64,000 nt of DNA from Candidatus Nanoarchaeia archaeon (GTDB lineage: Archaea; Nanobdellota; Nanobdellia; Woesearchaeales; ARS49), in NCBI GenBank assembly GCA_041489925.1, contig JBGPSD010000004.1, positions 25,143 to 89,142 of the forward strand. Direction: 5' to 3'. The notes below the pieces were generated by a model. The model had not been told where the DNA came from. It searched no databases and saw only the letters and a program-made list of their open reading frames with translations. Both the position numbers and the translations under genes were made by a program. Positions 26,910-35,444 of the stretch are shown here, one piece after another. Within the stretch, counting starts at the first letter, position 1; each line of letters starts with the position of its first letter.

Positions 26910-27829
26910 TGTTGAAGTGCAGGCAGTAGTTTCACCTGCGTTGTTTTGCTTGCAATGTAGCCATAATCAAGCGCGACTGCGAGCGGGGCAGTGTATGTTC
27001 CAAGCCTTGAGTCAATCCCCTCTTCCACCTGGCAGATGACTTTTGTCTCACCCTGCGGCTTTATCTTGACTGTCTGGGGCGCGCAGGTCATTGGGCTGTC
27101 AGAGAGAACTGCGCCTACAGAAACAACATTCCATCCCCCTTCTCCAAGGGACCGTCCTGAGCACGCGTCGCGGTAGAGCGGGGATGATACAATCTGTCCG
27201 CTTCCCTGGTTCTTGAGAGTGAGTGTGAATTCAGGTATTACCCTGCCTGGCATTTCGTGCGGCGTCATCCTCTGGTCAACTGCTGCGACAGCGACAGGAG
27301 CGCCCTGCCCCTGCGGGAATGACTGCGCTTTTGCCGTGCAGACCTTGTCTGTTTTCTTTCCTGTTAGGTCTGTGTCTATGCACACTATTATTGCAGCGTT
27401 GGTAACATATGGATAGCAGGCATTGAATGTGATTGTGGTCGTGTAGCCCTGCAGCTGCGGCCCAAGCGCCTTTGTGGTGAATGGCAGGTTAACCTGTGTC
27501 TCCATTCCCTGCGGTATGAATTCTGACTTGCCCCTGACAATAAACCTGCCCTGCTGCTTGGGGGTGTAAAGGTATTGGGGCTCATAGCTGATTGAGAAAA
27601 CCCCTTCGTCAACATCTGTTGCGCCGAGGTTTGAGAGTGTTGTGAGCATTGTGAACTTGCTGTTCTCATAAACTTCAGGCGGAGGGGAATAAGGGGTGAA
27701 ATAAATTTCAACGCCCTGGTTGCCTATTTTTACTTCAGGCAGCGACATTGTGCTTTTGCTCTGGAAAAGCCCGTACTGGCAGCCCGCGAGCAGGACCAGA
27801 ATCATTGCCAGCGTGATTATTTTTTTCAT
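26906..27829 (-). CDS. Surface lipoprotein, paralog 1
   Basis: MKKIITLAMILVLLAGC lipobox with shared blocks ACYPYVTNAAIIVCID, GQGAPVAVAAV and FTLTLKNQGSGQI. ATGA overlap with the upstream gene. Confidence 0.65.
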   Translation of the reverse strand: MKKIITLAMILVLLAGCQYGLFQSKSTMSLPEVKIGNQGVEIYFTPYSPPPEVYENSKFTMLTTLSNLGATDVDEGVFSISYEPQYLYTPKQQGRFIVRGKSEFIPQGMETQVNLPFTTKALGPQLQGYTTTITFNACYPYVTNAAIIVCIDTDLTGKKTDKVCTAKAQSFPQGQGAPVAVAAVDQRMTPHEMPGRVIPEFTLTLKNQGSGQIVSSPLYRDACSGRSLGEGGWNVVSVGAVLSDSPMTCAPQTVKIKPQGETKVICQVEEGIDSRLGTYTAPLAVALDYGYIASKTTQVKLLPALQQ

Positions 27830-29379
27830 GCTGTTGCCTGCGGTTGTGATTCCCGCACTGTTGCGCTTGTTGTGCGCTCAAGCCTGTAGCGGTATTGCAC
27901 GCTTGCCTTGAAGTTCTGCACTCCAAGAGGCGCCTTGCCAAGCACTTTTTCAGAGTTTTCAATATCAATCGGGATGCGGAATGTCTTCATTGTGAGGTTT
28001 TTGTAAATTGCCTTTGAAAGCTCTTCTGTTGTTAGCGCGTAAACCTTTACAAGGGTGTCATCGCATGTTGCGCGCTCTTCTTCAGCCATGGCATCGCAGC
28101 TTGACTCAGTTATGCCAACTCCTTCAATATTGGCAATCTTCAGCCCTGCAGGAATTATTATGAACACATTTGTTAGGTCAAGCACTTTGCCTTCCCACGC
28201 ATTCTCAATTGTGAGCCCAAGGCTTGACAGCGGGTCTCCTGATGCTCCAATTGCAACAGGCTGCTGGCCGATTGACATTCCGATGCGCACAGGACCTGAT
28301 GTGTAAATTGCAATGGGATTCTTGTCAGGGATGTTTGCAAGAGGGTCAACATTCTGCCTCCTGTACTCCTTCAGCCTTTCCATGTCAATCATGTATGCCT
28401 TGAGATATGCTCTTGTTACAAATTCAAAATCAGCCCTAAGCCGCAAGGTGTGGCTGCCTTTTGGAAGTACTCCCTTGTTCCATATGCAGTCGATGTCATA
28501 CTGGCCTGAAGTCAGGACTGAGAATGACTCTTTTGGACGCACCACGCTTGCAGTGGTGTTTGAGTCTGCGTCGCACAGGATGTTTATGTTGAGCTCTTTG
28601 TCAATTGTTTCTGCTTTCATCGTGGCATATGCCATTACAGGGGTGTTGTCGTAAAATATTGGCTCAGAAGTCCTGAAGTTTTCAAGATAAACACCAAGGC
28701 GTTTTTTTGCAGCAGTGTCAACCTGGCCTGTGTAATAATCCCCTGTTGCCAGCCTATAAGAGCGGGTGGCTTCCTCTGTAAACATTGATGTTGTTTGTTT
28801 GCCATAATTTATCAGGTTTGTCCAGCCTTCCTGCGCTTTTTCCCAGGAATAGCTTAACACCATGCTTGGGCTCAGGCTGTTTGGCATTGGATAGCCGCTC
28901 TCCTGTGCGTATTGCTGGATGTTTGGGAAAAGCATGAACATGACTATGAAAAACCAGAGGATTGTGTAGCCGAGTGAGAACCAGGTTGGAGCTGCCTGTG
29001 TTGCGAATACGACTGCGAGCAGCCAGAATGGCGCAATAATCATCATTATTGCCGCGAGGTATTTTATTGCAGGGAAATAATTCGGGGCTATTGACCAAAG
29101 AGGGCCCCAGACATAGGCAATGAGCGCTATGATTACCAGGCTTTTTGTGCCGACATCCTTGAATGCCTCGAGCTTGTTTGCAATTAAAAAGACAACGCCA
29201 TAAAAGAAAGCGAACCCGAGCCACAGCCCTGGGCTTCCTGAGTTTCCTCCAATCGGGAAAGGCAGTGTGCCATAGCGTACGAAGCAGTCAAAAAAATGCA
29301 AAATAATAACCAATCCGAGGAACCCAACCAGTGACTTTCCTCCTGACGAAGGAGTTCCTGCTGGGGCAGGCATTTTCAC
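27826..29379 (-). CDS. Polytopic membrane protein (about 5 N-terminal TM helices) with a large extracytoplasmic beta-rich domain
   Basis: 517 aa. The first ~170 aa are hydrophobic helices and the remainder is a Cys-containing soluble domain. The GTG start at 29379 overlaps the upstream stop (GTGA). The ATG at 29373 is an alternative. Confidence 0.6.
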   Translation of the reverse strand: MKMPAPAGTPSSGGKSLVGFLGLVIILHFFDCFVRYGTLPFPIGGNSGSPGLWLGFAFFYGVVFLIANKLEAFKDVGTKSLVIIALIAYVWGPLWSIAPNYFPAIKYLAAIMMIIAPFWLLAVVFATQAAPTWFSLGYTILWFFIVMFMLFPNIQQYAQESGYPMPNSLSPSMVLSYSWEKAQEGWTNLINYGKQTTSMFTEEATRSYRLATGDYYTGQVDTAAKKRLGVYLENFRTSEPIFYDNTPVMAYATMKAETIDKELNINILCDADSNTTASVVRPKESFSVLTSGQYDIDCIWNKGVLPKGSHTLRLRADFEFVTRAYLKAYMIDMERLKEYRRQNVDPLANIPDKNPIAIYTSGPVRIGMSIGQQPVAIGASGDPLSSLGLTIENAWEGKVLDLTNVFIIIPAGLKIANIEGVGITESSCDAMAEEERATCDDTLVKVYALTTEELSKAIYKNLTMKTFRIPIDIENSEKVLGKAPLGVQNFKASVQYRYRLERTTSATVRESQPQATA

Positions 29380-30545
29380 TCCACCCGCACATCAACGCTG
29401 ATTATGTTGAGGTCAGCCATTGGTTCTATTCCGATGAAGTTGTTTCCGTCCCTGACCACTTCTGAGATGTCGCGTCCAAACTTGGGGGCTTTCTGCGAGA
29501 GCACATCAAGCCTTCCGTTCACATTGGTCTGGGCTTCCTTCAGCTGTCCGTCATCCACAAACTCAATCTCAAGTATTGCGTGCGCCTTTCCTGTTACGAT
29601 TGCGTTGTAGACATCGGATTTTACGAAGAAGAAATCAGAGTATCCCTTTGTGGGCTTGACAAATGTCTTTATCTTTATCTGCTCTATGCGCGCATTGCCT
29701 GAAGCGAGCCTGAAGCCGAGGGTGTTCTTTCCTGCTGCAAAGTCCTCCTTGAAGAGGTCCTCGCGCCCTGGGTTTTCGCATACCGGGACTGCAGAGTAAA
29801 TCACTTTTCCATTAAGCGTGATGTCAAGCACTCCGACAGTGTTCTGGTCGCAAATAGGGTAGAATCCAAGGTATGCTGTCTCAATGTTCTGGTGCTCTGC
29901 TTCAGGGATGCTGAACGCGTTTGCAGCCTGCTGTTTCTTGAGGTCTGTTATTTCGCCGATTATCTTCACGTCCTCCATGTTGTACTGGCGCTTGAATATG
30001 AGCCCAAAGCCCCACACCTGGAATTCAACAGAGTTTTCTGTCTTCAGCAATCCCCTTGGTATTGGTATCGGGTTAGGGTTCTGCACATTGATTGTGTTTT
30101 CAAATACAGGAACGCCATTGAATATTATTTTCAGCCTTCCACGCCTTATTGGCGTCTGGAATATGAGGAAGACATTGTCAACGCTTTCAAGGTCAGATAT
30201 GTAGAAGCTGACATTCCTGAACTGCCTGCTGAACCATCCTTTCTTAATGATAAATGGCGGAGCGTCTGCCATTACTTTTGCCTGGCGTTCCTCTGAAAGC
30301 AAAATGTTTGGAATGACGTGCTGGAATTCTGTCTGGCCGATATATGCCAGCCTGCCTGGCGCTCCCTTGAAGATTGTTTCGCCGCCTTCAGGAATTACCC
30401 CTGGCACGACTCCTTCCTGTTCTTCCTGCAGTAATTCCTTGCGCTCTGCCGGAGGGAGGAAAAGGATATAGAATATTATCAGGAGAGTGATGATGCCAAC
30501 CAGTGTCGATGCTGCTGAACCGCTTGCCTGTCCGCGTTTTCTCAC
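29376..30545 (-). CDS. Pilin-like protein with a class III (prepilin-type) signal peptide, 389 aa
   Basis: ORF 29376..30575 has no ATG. The GTG at 30545 lies 5 nt after the SD GGTGA (30551-30555) and gives MRKRGQASGSAASTLVGIITLLIIFYILFL. It is the first gene of the minus-strand operon. Confidence 0.6.
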   Translation of the reverse strand: MRKRGQASGSAASTLVGIITLLIIFYILFLPPAERKELLQEEQEGVVPGVIPEGGETIFKGAPGRLAYIGQTEFQHVIPNILLSEERQAKVMADAPPFIIKKGWFSRQFRNVSFYISDLESVDNVFLIFQTPIRRGRLKIIFNGVPVFENTINVQNPNPIPIPRGLLKTENSVEFQVWGFGLIFKRQYNMEDVKIIGEITDLKKQQAANAFSIPEAEHQNIETAYLGFYPICDQNTVGVLDITLNGKVIYSAVPVCENPGREDLFKEDFAAGKNTLGFRLASGNARIEQIKIKTFVKPTKGYSDFFFVKSDVYNAIVTGKAHAILEIEFVDDGQLKEAQTNVNGRLDVLSQKAPKFGRDISEVVRDGNNFIGIEPMADLNIISVDVRVE

Positions 30546-30667
30546 TTTATTCACCTTCTTTTTGTAAACGAGCAAATTCGTACATATATAAATGTATTGC
30601 CCTGTTTTACCGCAACCTTTTTAAGCACCGTTCACTACTTTTTAGTTAGAATACAGGGGGATTTGGT

Positions 30668-31189
30668 ATGAAACAGCTTCGACTGCTTGCACTTGCAATT
30701 GTGATGGTTCTTTCAGCTTTCAGTGTTTCTGCGTATTATTATGCAGACGACTATTATGACAATTATTATCCTGCTTATGGCAATGATTACAGCAGCTCAT
30801 ATTCGCGCTCCTCTAATTCAGAGAGTGTGAGTGTCCGCGAGTCAGAGAGTGAGAGCTCTTCAACAACCAGCGGCAGGGGAAGATATTATAATTCGGCAAA
30901 CACTTATAATTACGGCCGCTCGCGCGAGTTCACATTCTCACGAAGCTCAGAGACAGTGAGCGAGAGCAGTTCTTCAAATGGCGGATATTCTCCTTCAAGC
31001 AATTATTATTATGACGGCATTGATTACCAGTATCCATACCAGGATGTTGGCACTGATTATGGCTATGATTATCGGCCGTTCTCTGATTATTATGAGTACA
31101 GCCGTTCAGGTCCTTATTACAACCCTTATCGGTACTCGCGTGTGGGCGCGTACGAATCTGAATATCCGCCCTACGGCTACGGGTACTGA
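30668..31189 (+). CDS. Secreted Tyr/Ser-rich low-complexity protein
   Basis: Sec signal peptide (…SAFSVSA). By my hand count the mature part has about 36 Tyr in about 150 residues. It starts YYYADDYYDNYY and ends YPPYGYGY. Confidence 0.7.
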   Translation: MKQLRLLALAIVMVLSAFSVSAYYYADDYYDNYYPAYGNDYSSSYSRSSNSESVSVRESESESSSTTSGRGRYYNSANTYNYGRSREFTFSRSSETVSESSSSNGGYSPSSNYYYDGIDYQYPYQDVGTDYGYDYRPFSDYYEYSRSGPYYNPYRYSRVGAYESEYPPYGYGY

Positions 31190-31192
31190 CAT

Positions 31193-31828
31193 ATGAAAAA
31201 AACAGCACTTTTTTTCCTCATTGCATTGCTTCTTGTTGAGATTGTCTCTGCAAAAGTTTTCTATTATGCAGACGAGACTGACTACAATAACAATGTTGAT
31301 TATGCATTAAGCCATCCTTACTCAGGAGTTGACCCTGATGTTGTTGGTGACTTCAGGAATTATGCCTGCATTTCCCTTAATGATTACAACAGTTTTGCAC
31401 AGGCAGGCAGCTATGATACCTATGACGCGCTTGACGCAAGCACTGCATCGCGCGATGATTTGAAAAAGCTCAGGCGCGCAGACCAGCTCAGGATTGTTAA
31501 CGAAGACCCTTATGACAGCCTTGACCGCGAGGATATTGACGACAATTATGCTGACTGGAACTGCTACACTCTCAAGGACTATAATTCTCTTGCAAGGCAA
31601 AATCCTTATGACAGCAGGCGCGTTGTTGACTTCACTCACTTTGATGACATTTACGAAGTCCAGGAAATCGGCAAGTACAGGTATAACAATTTCTTCCAGC
31701 CAGACGACTTCAACAAGTTCAACCTGCAGTACACGCAGGCAAGGCAGCCATACTACGAGCCATACGATTACCGGGATTCTCCGTATCCGCTTTACGGCTA
31801 TGGCATTGTGCGCCGTGAAGATTATTAA
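31193..31828 (+). CDS. Secreted Asp/Tyr-rich protein, distant paralog of the preceding gene
   Basis: Signal peptide (…VEIVSA). The mature part starts KVFYYADETDY and ends SPYPLYGYGIVRREDY. An internal repeat is present: NYACISLNDYNSFAQAGSYD / DWNCYTLKDYNSLARQNPYD. Confidence 0.7.
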   Translation: MKKTALFFLIALLLVEIVSAKVFYYADETDYNNNVDYALSHPYSGVDPDVVGDFRNYACISLNDYNSFAQAGSYDTYDALDASTASRDDLKKLRRADQLRIVNEDPYDSLDREDIDDNYADWNCYTLKDYNSLARQNPYDSRRVVDFTHFDDIYEVQEIGKYRYNNFFQPDDFNKFNLQYTQARQPYYEPYDYRDSPYPLYGYGIVRREDY

Positions 31829-31851
31829 ACCACCTTGTGTTCTTGCGGCTT

Positions 31852-32901
31852 ATGAAGCAGCTCGCATTAAAGCTCAAGCAGGGAGAGGCAAAAGTATTAG
31901 TTGAAAATCCAGATGATTTGTGGTTTCTCAACAATATTATTGACAAGGGAGACCAGATTAAGGGAAAGACTCTCAGAAAATTAAAGGTGACAGAGGAAGC
32001 CTCGGCAGAGCGAAAGAAAGTTTTTCTCGCCATACAAGTTGAAAAAGTTGAATTCACAGCAACAGAGCTGAGGGTTTCAGGAAAAGTCACAGAGGCCCCT
32101 GAGGATATTCCGCGCGGAAGCTACCACACTTTCGCAATAGAGGTTGGAAGCACAATCACAATTATCAAGACTGAATGGCTCGGCTACCAGCTGGATTATC
32201 TCAAGGAAGCCACAACTGCAAAGGTTCCGAAGATTGTGCTTTGCGTCTTTGACCGCGAGGAGGCTTTGTTTGCAAAGCTCACGCGCGACGGCTATGAAAT
32301 GCTTACAACAATCAAGGGAAAGGTCACTAAAAAAGCAGTTCAGGAAAAAGTAAAGGAGACATTTTACGAGAGCATAGTTGACCAGCTTGAGCAGTATGAC
32401 AAGCGCTTTGAGCTTGACAAAATCATCCTCGCGAGCCCTGCGTTCTGGAAAGAGGACTTGTACAAGGTTCTTGGCAACCAGAAATTAAAGGAAAAAATAA
32501 TCCAGGCAACGTGCTCAGGTGTTGACGAAACAGCAATCGCAGAAGTCCTGAAAAGAAAAGAAACACAGGAAGCACTGCGCCAGGAGCGTGTCAGCAGGGA
32601 AATGTCAATTGTTGAGGAATTGTTCAGCAAAATCGCAAAACAGGGCCCAGCAGCTTATGGAATGAAAGAGACAGCAATTGCCGCAGAAGCAGGCGCAGTG
32701 GAGCACCTGTTAGTCACAGACAAGATTATCCAGAAAGCGCGCGAAGCAGACAAGTTTGCAGCGCTTGACAAAATAATGAAGCAGGTTGACCGCGCAAAAG
32801 GAAAGGTCTGGATTGTCTCGACAGAGCATGAGGGCGGCAAGCGCCTGGAAGGGCTTGGCGGCATTGGAGCAATACTGAGATACAAGATGTCATGGGAATA
32901 G
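31852..32901 (+). CDS. pelA: Pelota (Dom34 homolog, ribosome rescue)
   Basis: Internal ATG at 31852. The 349-aa product has the typical N-terminus (LKQGEAKVLVENPDDLWFLNNII.KGD) and eRF1-like domains. Confidence 0.85.
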   Translation: MKQLALKLKQGEAKVLVENPDDLWFLNNIIDKGDQIKGKTLRKLKVTEEASAERKKVFLAIQVEKVEFTATELRVSGKVTEAPEDIPRGSYHTFAIEVGSTITIIKTEWLGYQLDYLKEATTAKVPKIVLCVFDREEALFAKLTRDGYEMLTTIKGKVTKKAVQEKVKETFYESIVDQLEQYDKRFELDKIILASPAFWKEDLYKVLGNQKLKEKIIQATCSGVDETAIAEVLKRKETQEALRQERVSREMSIVEELFSKIAKQGPAAYGMKETAIAAEAGAVEHLLVTDKIIQKAREADKFAALDKIMKQVDRAKGKVWIVSTEHEGGKRLEGLGGIGAILRYKMSWE

Positions 32902-32957
32902 TGCATAATCTGATTCTCGACCACAACAATCATTATATACAAGCACCCCAAATTGAG

Positions 32958-32969
32958 TACTAGGGAGTA
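32958..32969. promoter_or_regulatory. TACT-N4-AGTA palindrome (tactagggagta) upstream of TrmB paralog 2
   Basis: Read directly. It has the same half-sites and spacing as the element at 9175-9186. It lies about 40 nt upstream of the candidate TATA attttaata (33004-33012). Confidence 0.35.
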
Positions 32970-33062
32970 AATATCCCCCTTGTGCGGTGGTTAAAATCGT
33001 AACATTTTAATACCCGCCTTGATTTACCCCAGTCACATAACAACAAAAGGGGGGAGGTAAGT

Positions 33063-33866
33063 ATGATTGTCAAAGAAGAATTTTTGAGCAAGCTCCGTCG
33101 ATATTTCTCATTGAACCTCTATGAGGTCAAGATTTGGACGGCGCTTCTTTCCCGTGGTGTTGCAACCGCAGGAGAACTTTCTGACATTGCAAACGTTCCA
33201 AGGTCAAGGAGCTATGACGTCCTTGAAAGCCTTGAGCGCAAGGGATTTGTCATAATGAAGCTCGGCAAGCCAATCAAGTACATTGCGGTTCCACCGCAGG
33301 AAGTGCTTGAGCGTGTCAAGAAGAACATGAAAGAAGAGGCAGACGAAAAAGTCAAGCGCCTCGAGCAGCTCAAAACAACAGATGTCCTCAACGAGCTTAA
33401 CCTGCTCCACACGCAGGGAATCGAGCTTATCGAGCCGGCTGACCTTTCAGGTTCGCTGCGCGGACGACACAACCTCTACTCGCACCTCGAGCTCACCATT
33501 AGGAACGCCGAGAAGAGCGTGACCATAATGACAACCTCACAGGGCTTCCTCAGGAAAGTTGAAGGCCTGAAGCCGGTCTTTGAGAAGCTGAAGCGAAAGG
33601 GAGTCAAGGTCCGCATCGCAGCCCCGATGACAAAGGAGACAAGAGATGCATTGAAGGATGTCTCTGAAGTCGCAGAGGTCAGGCACACTGATTCCAAGGC
33701 AAGGTTTGTTGTTGTTGACGGCAAAGACATCGTGTTTATGATCCTGGACGACAAGGAAGTCCACCCGACGTATGACGTTGGAATATGGGTCAACACGCCG
33801 TTCTTCGCGTCAGCAGTAGAGAACCTGTTCGACACTGCCTGGAAGAACATGAAGCCAGGCAAGTAA
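33063..33866 (+). CDS. TrmB-family transcriptional regulator (paralog 2)
   Basis: 267 aa with SD ggggggaggt upstream. The wHTH region is identical in protein to the 9237 paralog, and 53 consecutive nt are identical. Confidence 0.85.
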   Translation: MIVKEEFLSKLRRYFSLNLYEVKIWTALLSRGVATAGELSDIANVPRSRSYDVLESLERKGFVIMKLGKPIKYIAVPPQEVLERVKKNMKEEADEKVKRLEQLKTTDVLNELNLLHTQGIELIEPADLSGSLRGRHNLYSHLELTIRNAEKSVTIMTTSQGFLRKVEGLKPVFEKLKRKGVKVRIAAPMTKETRDALKDVSEVAEVRHTDSKARFVVVDGKDIVFMILDDKEVHPTYDVGIWVNTPFFASAVENLFDTAWKNMKPGK

Positions 33867-33875
33867 ATGGGCGTG

Positions 33876-33892
33876 TTTTCTTTTTTTTTCTT
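33876..33892 (+). terminator. Oligo-T terminator (ttttctttttttttctt)
   Basis: The T-rich run begins 10 nt after the trmB-like stop codon. Archaeal termination typically occurs at oligo-T. Confidence 0.5.
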
Positions 33893-33911
33893 GTAATTTT
33901 CCAGGTAGCAC

Positions 33912-35444
33912 ATGAACCTAGACAAGCTCGCACAAAGCTTGCACCCGCTGGAACGCAAGGTGCTTCCGGTACTGGATAAGCACACAACGGTTCCTGCGAT
34001 ATGCACGGCCACAGGATTGAAAGATGTTGAGGTAGTCAGGGCTTTGCAGTGGCTTGAGAACCGCAAGGCAGTCAAGGTTGACATTTCTTCAAATGAGGTT
34101 GTTGTTCTGGACAAGAACGGCGAGCTGTACAAAAAGCAGGGATTGCCAGAGCGCAGGTTCCTGCAGGCGCTTGGCGACAAGGAGCTTGGCGTTGACAAAA
34201 TCTGCGACAAGGCAAAGCTTTCCCGCGACGAGCTTAACATCTGCCTCGGGCTGCTCAGGAGAAAGGCGCTTATCAACATTTCCCAGGACAAGGGGCTGAA
34301 GATAAAGCTCACAGACCAGGGAAAGGCTGCGCTGAAAAAAGAATTCCTTGAGGAATTATTCCTGAGAAAGGATTTCCCGCTTCACGTGAATGCCCTTGCG
34401 GCAGAGGAAAAGGCGACACTGCAGGCATTGCGCCAGAGAAAGGCGATTGTGCGCGTTGACCAGCAGAAAACAAAATCAGTCACACTTCTTCCAATGGGTA
34501 GGCAATTGCTCGAGCTTGGTGTCCGCGATGAAAAAATCATTGATTCACTTTCTCCGCAGATAATTTTGTCAGGCGAATGGAAGAAAAAGCCAATACGCAG
34601 GTACGATGTCGCAATACAGGTTCCGAAGATTTCAGGAGGAAGAAGGCATTTTGTCAGCGACGCAATCAACAACATGAAGCAGATATGGCGTGAAATGGGA
34701 TTCAGCGAGATGACTGGCTCGATTGTTCAGTCAGCATTCTGGAACATGGATGCACTGTATATCCCGCAGGACCATCCCGCAAGGGAAATGCAGGACACTT
34801 TCTACTTAAAGAAGCCGAACAAGGCATTGCTGCCCAAGGAATTTGTGAATGACATCAAGGCAGTGCATGAATACGGCGGAAAGACAGGAAGCACTGGCTG
34901 GCAGCAGCCCTGGAGCGAGGAAAAGGCAAAAGACCTTTTGTTAAGGACGCACAGCACAGTCCTCAGCGCACAGGCAATCTCGCGCCTTACCGAGGCAGAC
35001 CTGCCTGCAAAATTCTTCAGCGTTGTAAAAGTCTTCCGCAATGAAACCCTTGACTGGAAGCACTTGTTTGAGTTCTACCAGGTTGAGGGAATTGTTATTG
35101 ACCCAAAGGCAAACCTTTCAAATTTGCAGGGCTACCTTAAGGAATTTTTTGCAAAGCTCGGATTCAAGAATATCAGGCTCAGGCCGTCATATTTCCCATA
35201 CACAGAGCCCTCAATGGAAGTTGATGTCTGGCATCCTGTGAGAAATGAATGGGTTGAGCTTGGCGGCTCAGGAATTTTCCGGCCTGAAGTTGTTGAGCCA
35301 TTGCTTGGAAAGGCAGTGCCTGTGCTCGCATGGGGCTTGGGAATGGAGCGCATAATCACCGATTATTACAAAATCACAGACCTTCGCGATGTTTACAAGA
35401 ATGATGTCCAGCAATTGCGCGAAGCAAAGCTCTTGGTGAAATAA
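33912..35444 (+). CDS. pheS: Phenylalanine--tRNA ligase alpha subunit
   Basis: 510 aa with N-terminal winged-helix repeats and a C-terminal class II core (FRNETLDWKHLFEFYQVEG, PYTEPSMEVDV, GMERI). Confidence 0.9.
   Translation: MNLDKLAQSLHPLERKVLPVLDKHTTVPAICTATGLKDVEVVRALQWLENRKAVKVDISSNEVVVLDKNGELYKKQGLPERRFLQALGDKELGVDKICDKAKLSRDELNICLGLLRRKALINISQDKGLKIKLTDQGKAALKKEFLEELFLRKDFPLHVNALAAEEKATLQALRQRKAIVRVDQQKTKSVTLLPMGRQLLELGVRDEKIIDSLSPQIILSGEWKKKPIRRYDVAIQVPKISGGRRHFVSDAINNMKQIWREMGFSEMTGSIVQSAFWNMDALYIPQDHPAREMQDTFYLKKPNKALLPKEFVNDIKAVHEYGGKTGSTGWQQPWSEEKAKDLLLRTHSTVLSAQAISRLTEADLPAKFFSVVKVFRNETLDWKHLFEFYQVEGIVIDPKANLSNLQGYLKEFFAKLGFKNIRLRPSYFPYTEPSMEVDVWHPVRNEWVELGGSGIFRPEVVEPLLGKAVPVLAWGLGMERIITDYYKITDLRDVYKNDVQQLREAKLLVK

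Noticed and set aside
9237-33866. The two TrmB-like genes as direct terminal repeats of a 24-kb mobile or inserted element
   Set aside because: The intervening genes are core housekeeping (histone, TFE, FEN1, RFC, PAN, TyrRS, Pelota). There are no integrase or att-like features. The paralogs are diverged apart from short identical patches.
33476-34312. 278-aa minus-strand ORF spanning the end of the TrmB-like gene, the intergenic T-run and the start of pheS
   Set aside because: It is antisense to two confidently identified genes. It is Ser/Leu/Thr-rich low complexity with no start context, and it crosses a terminator-like T-run.
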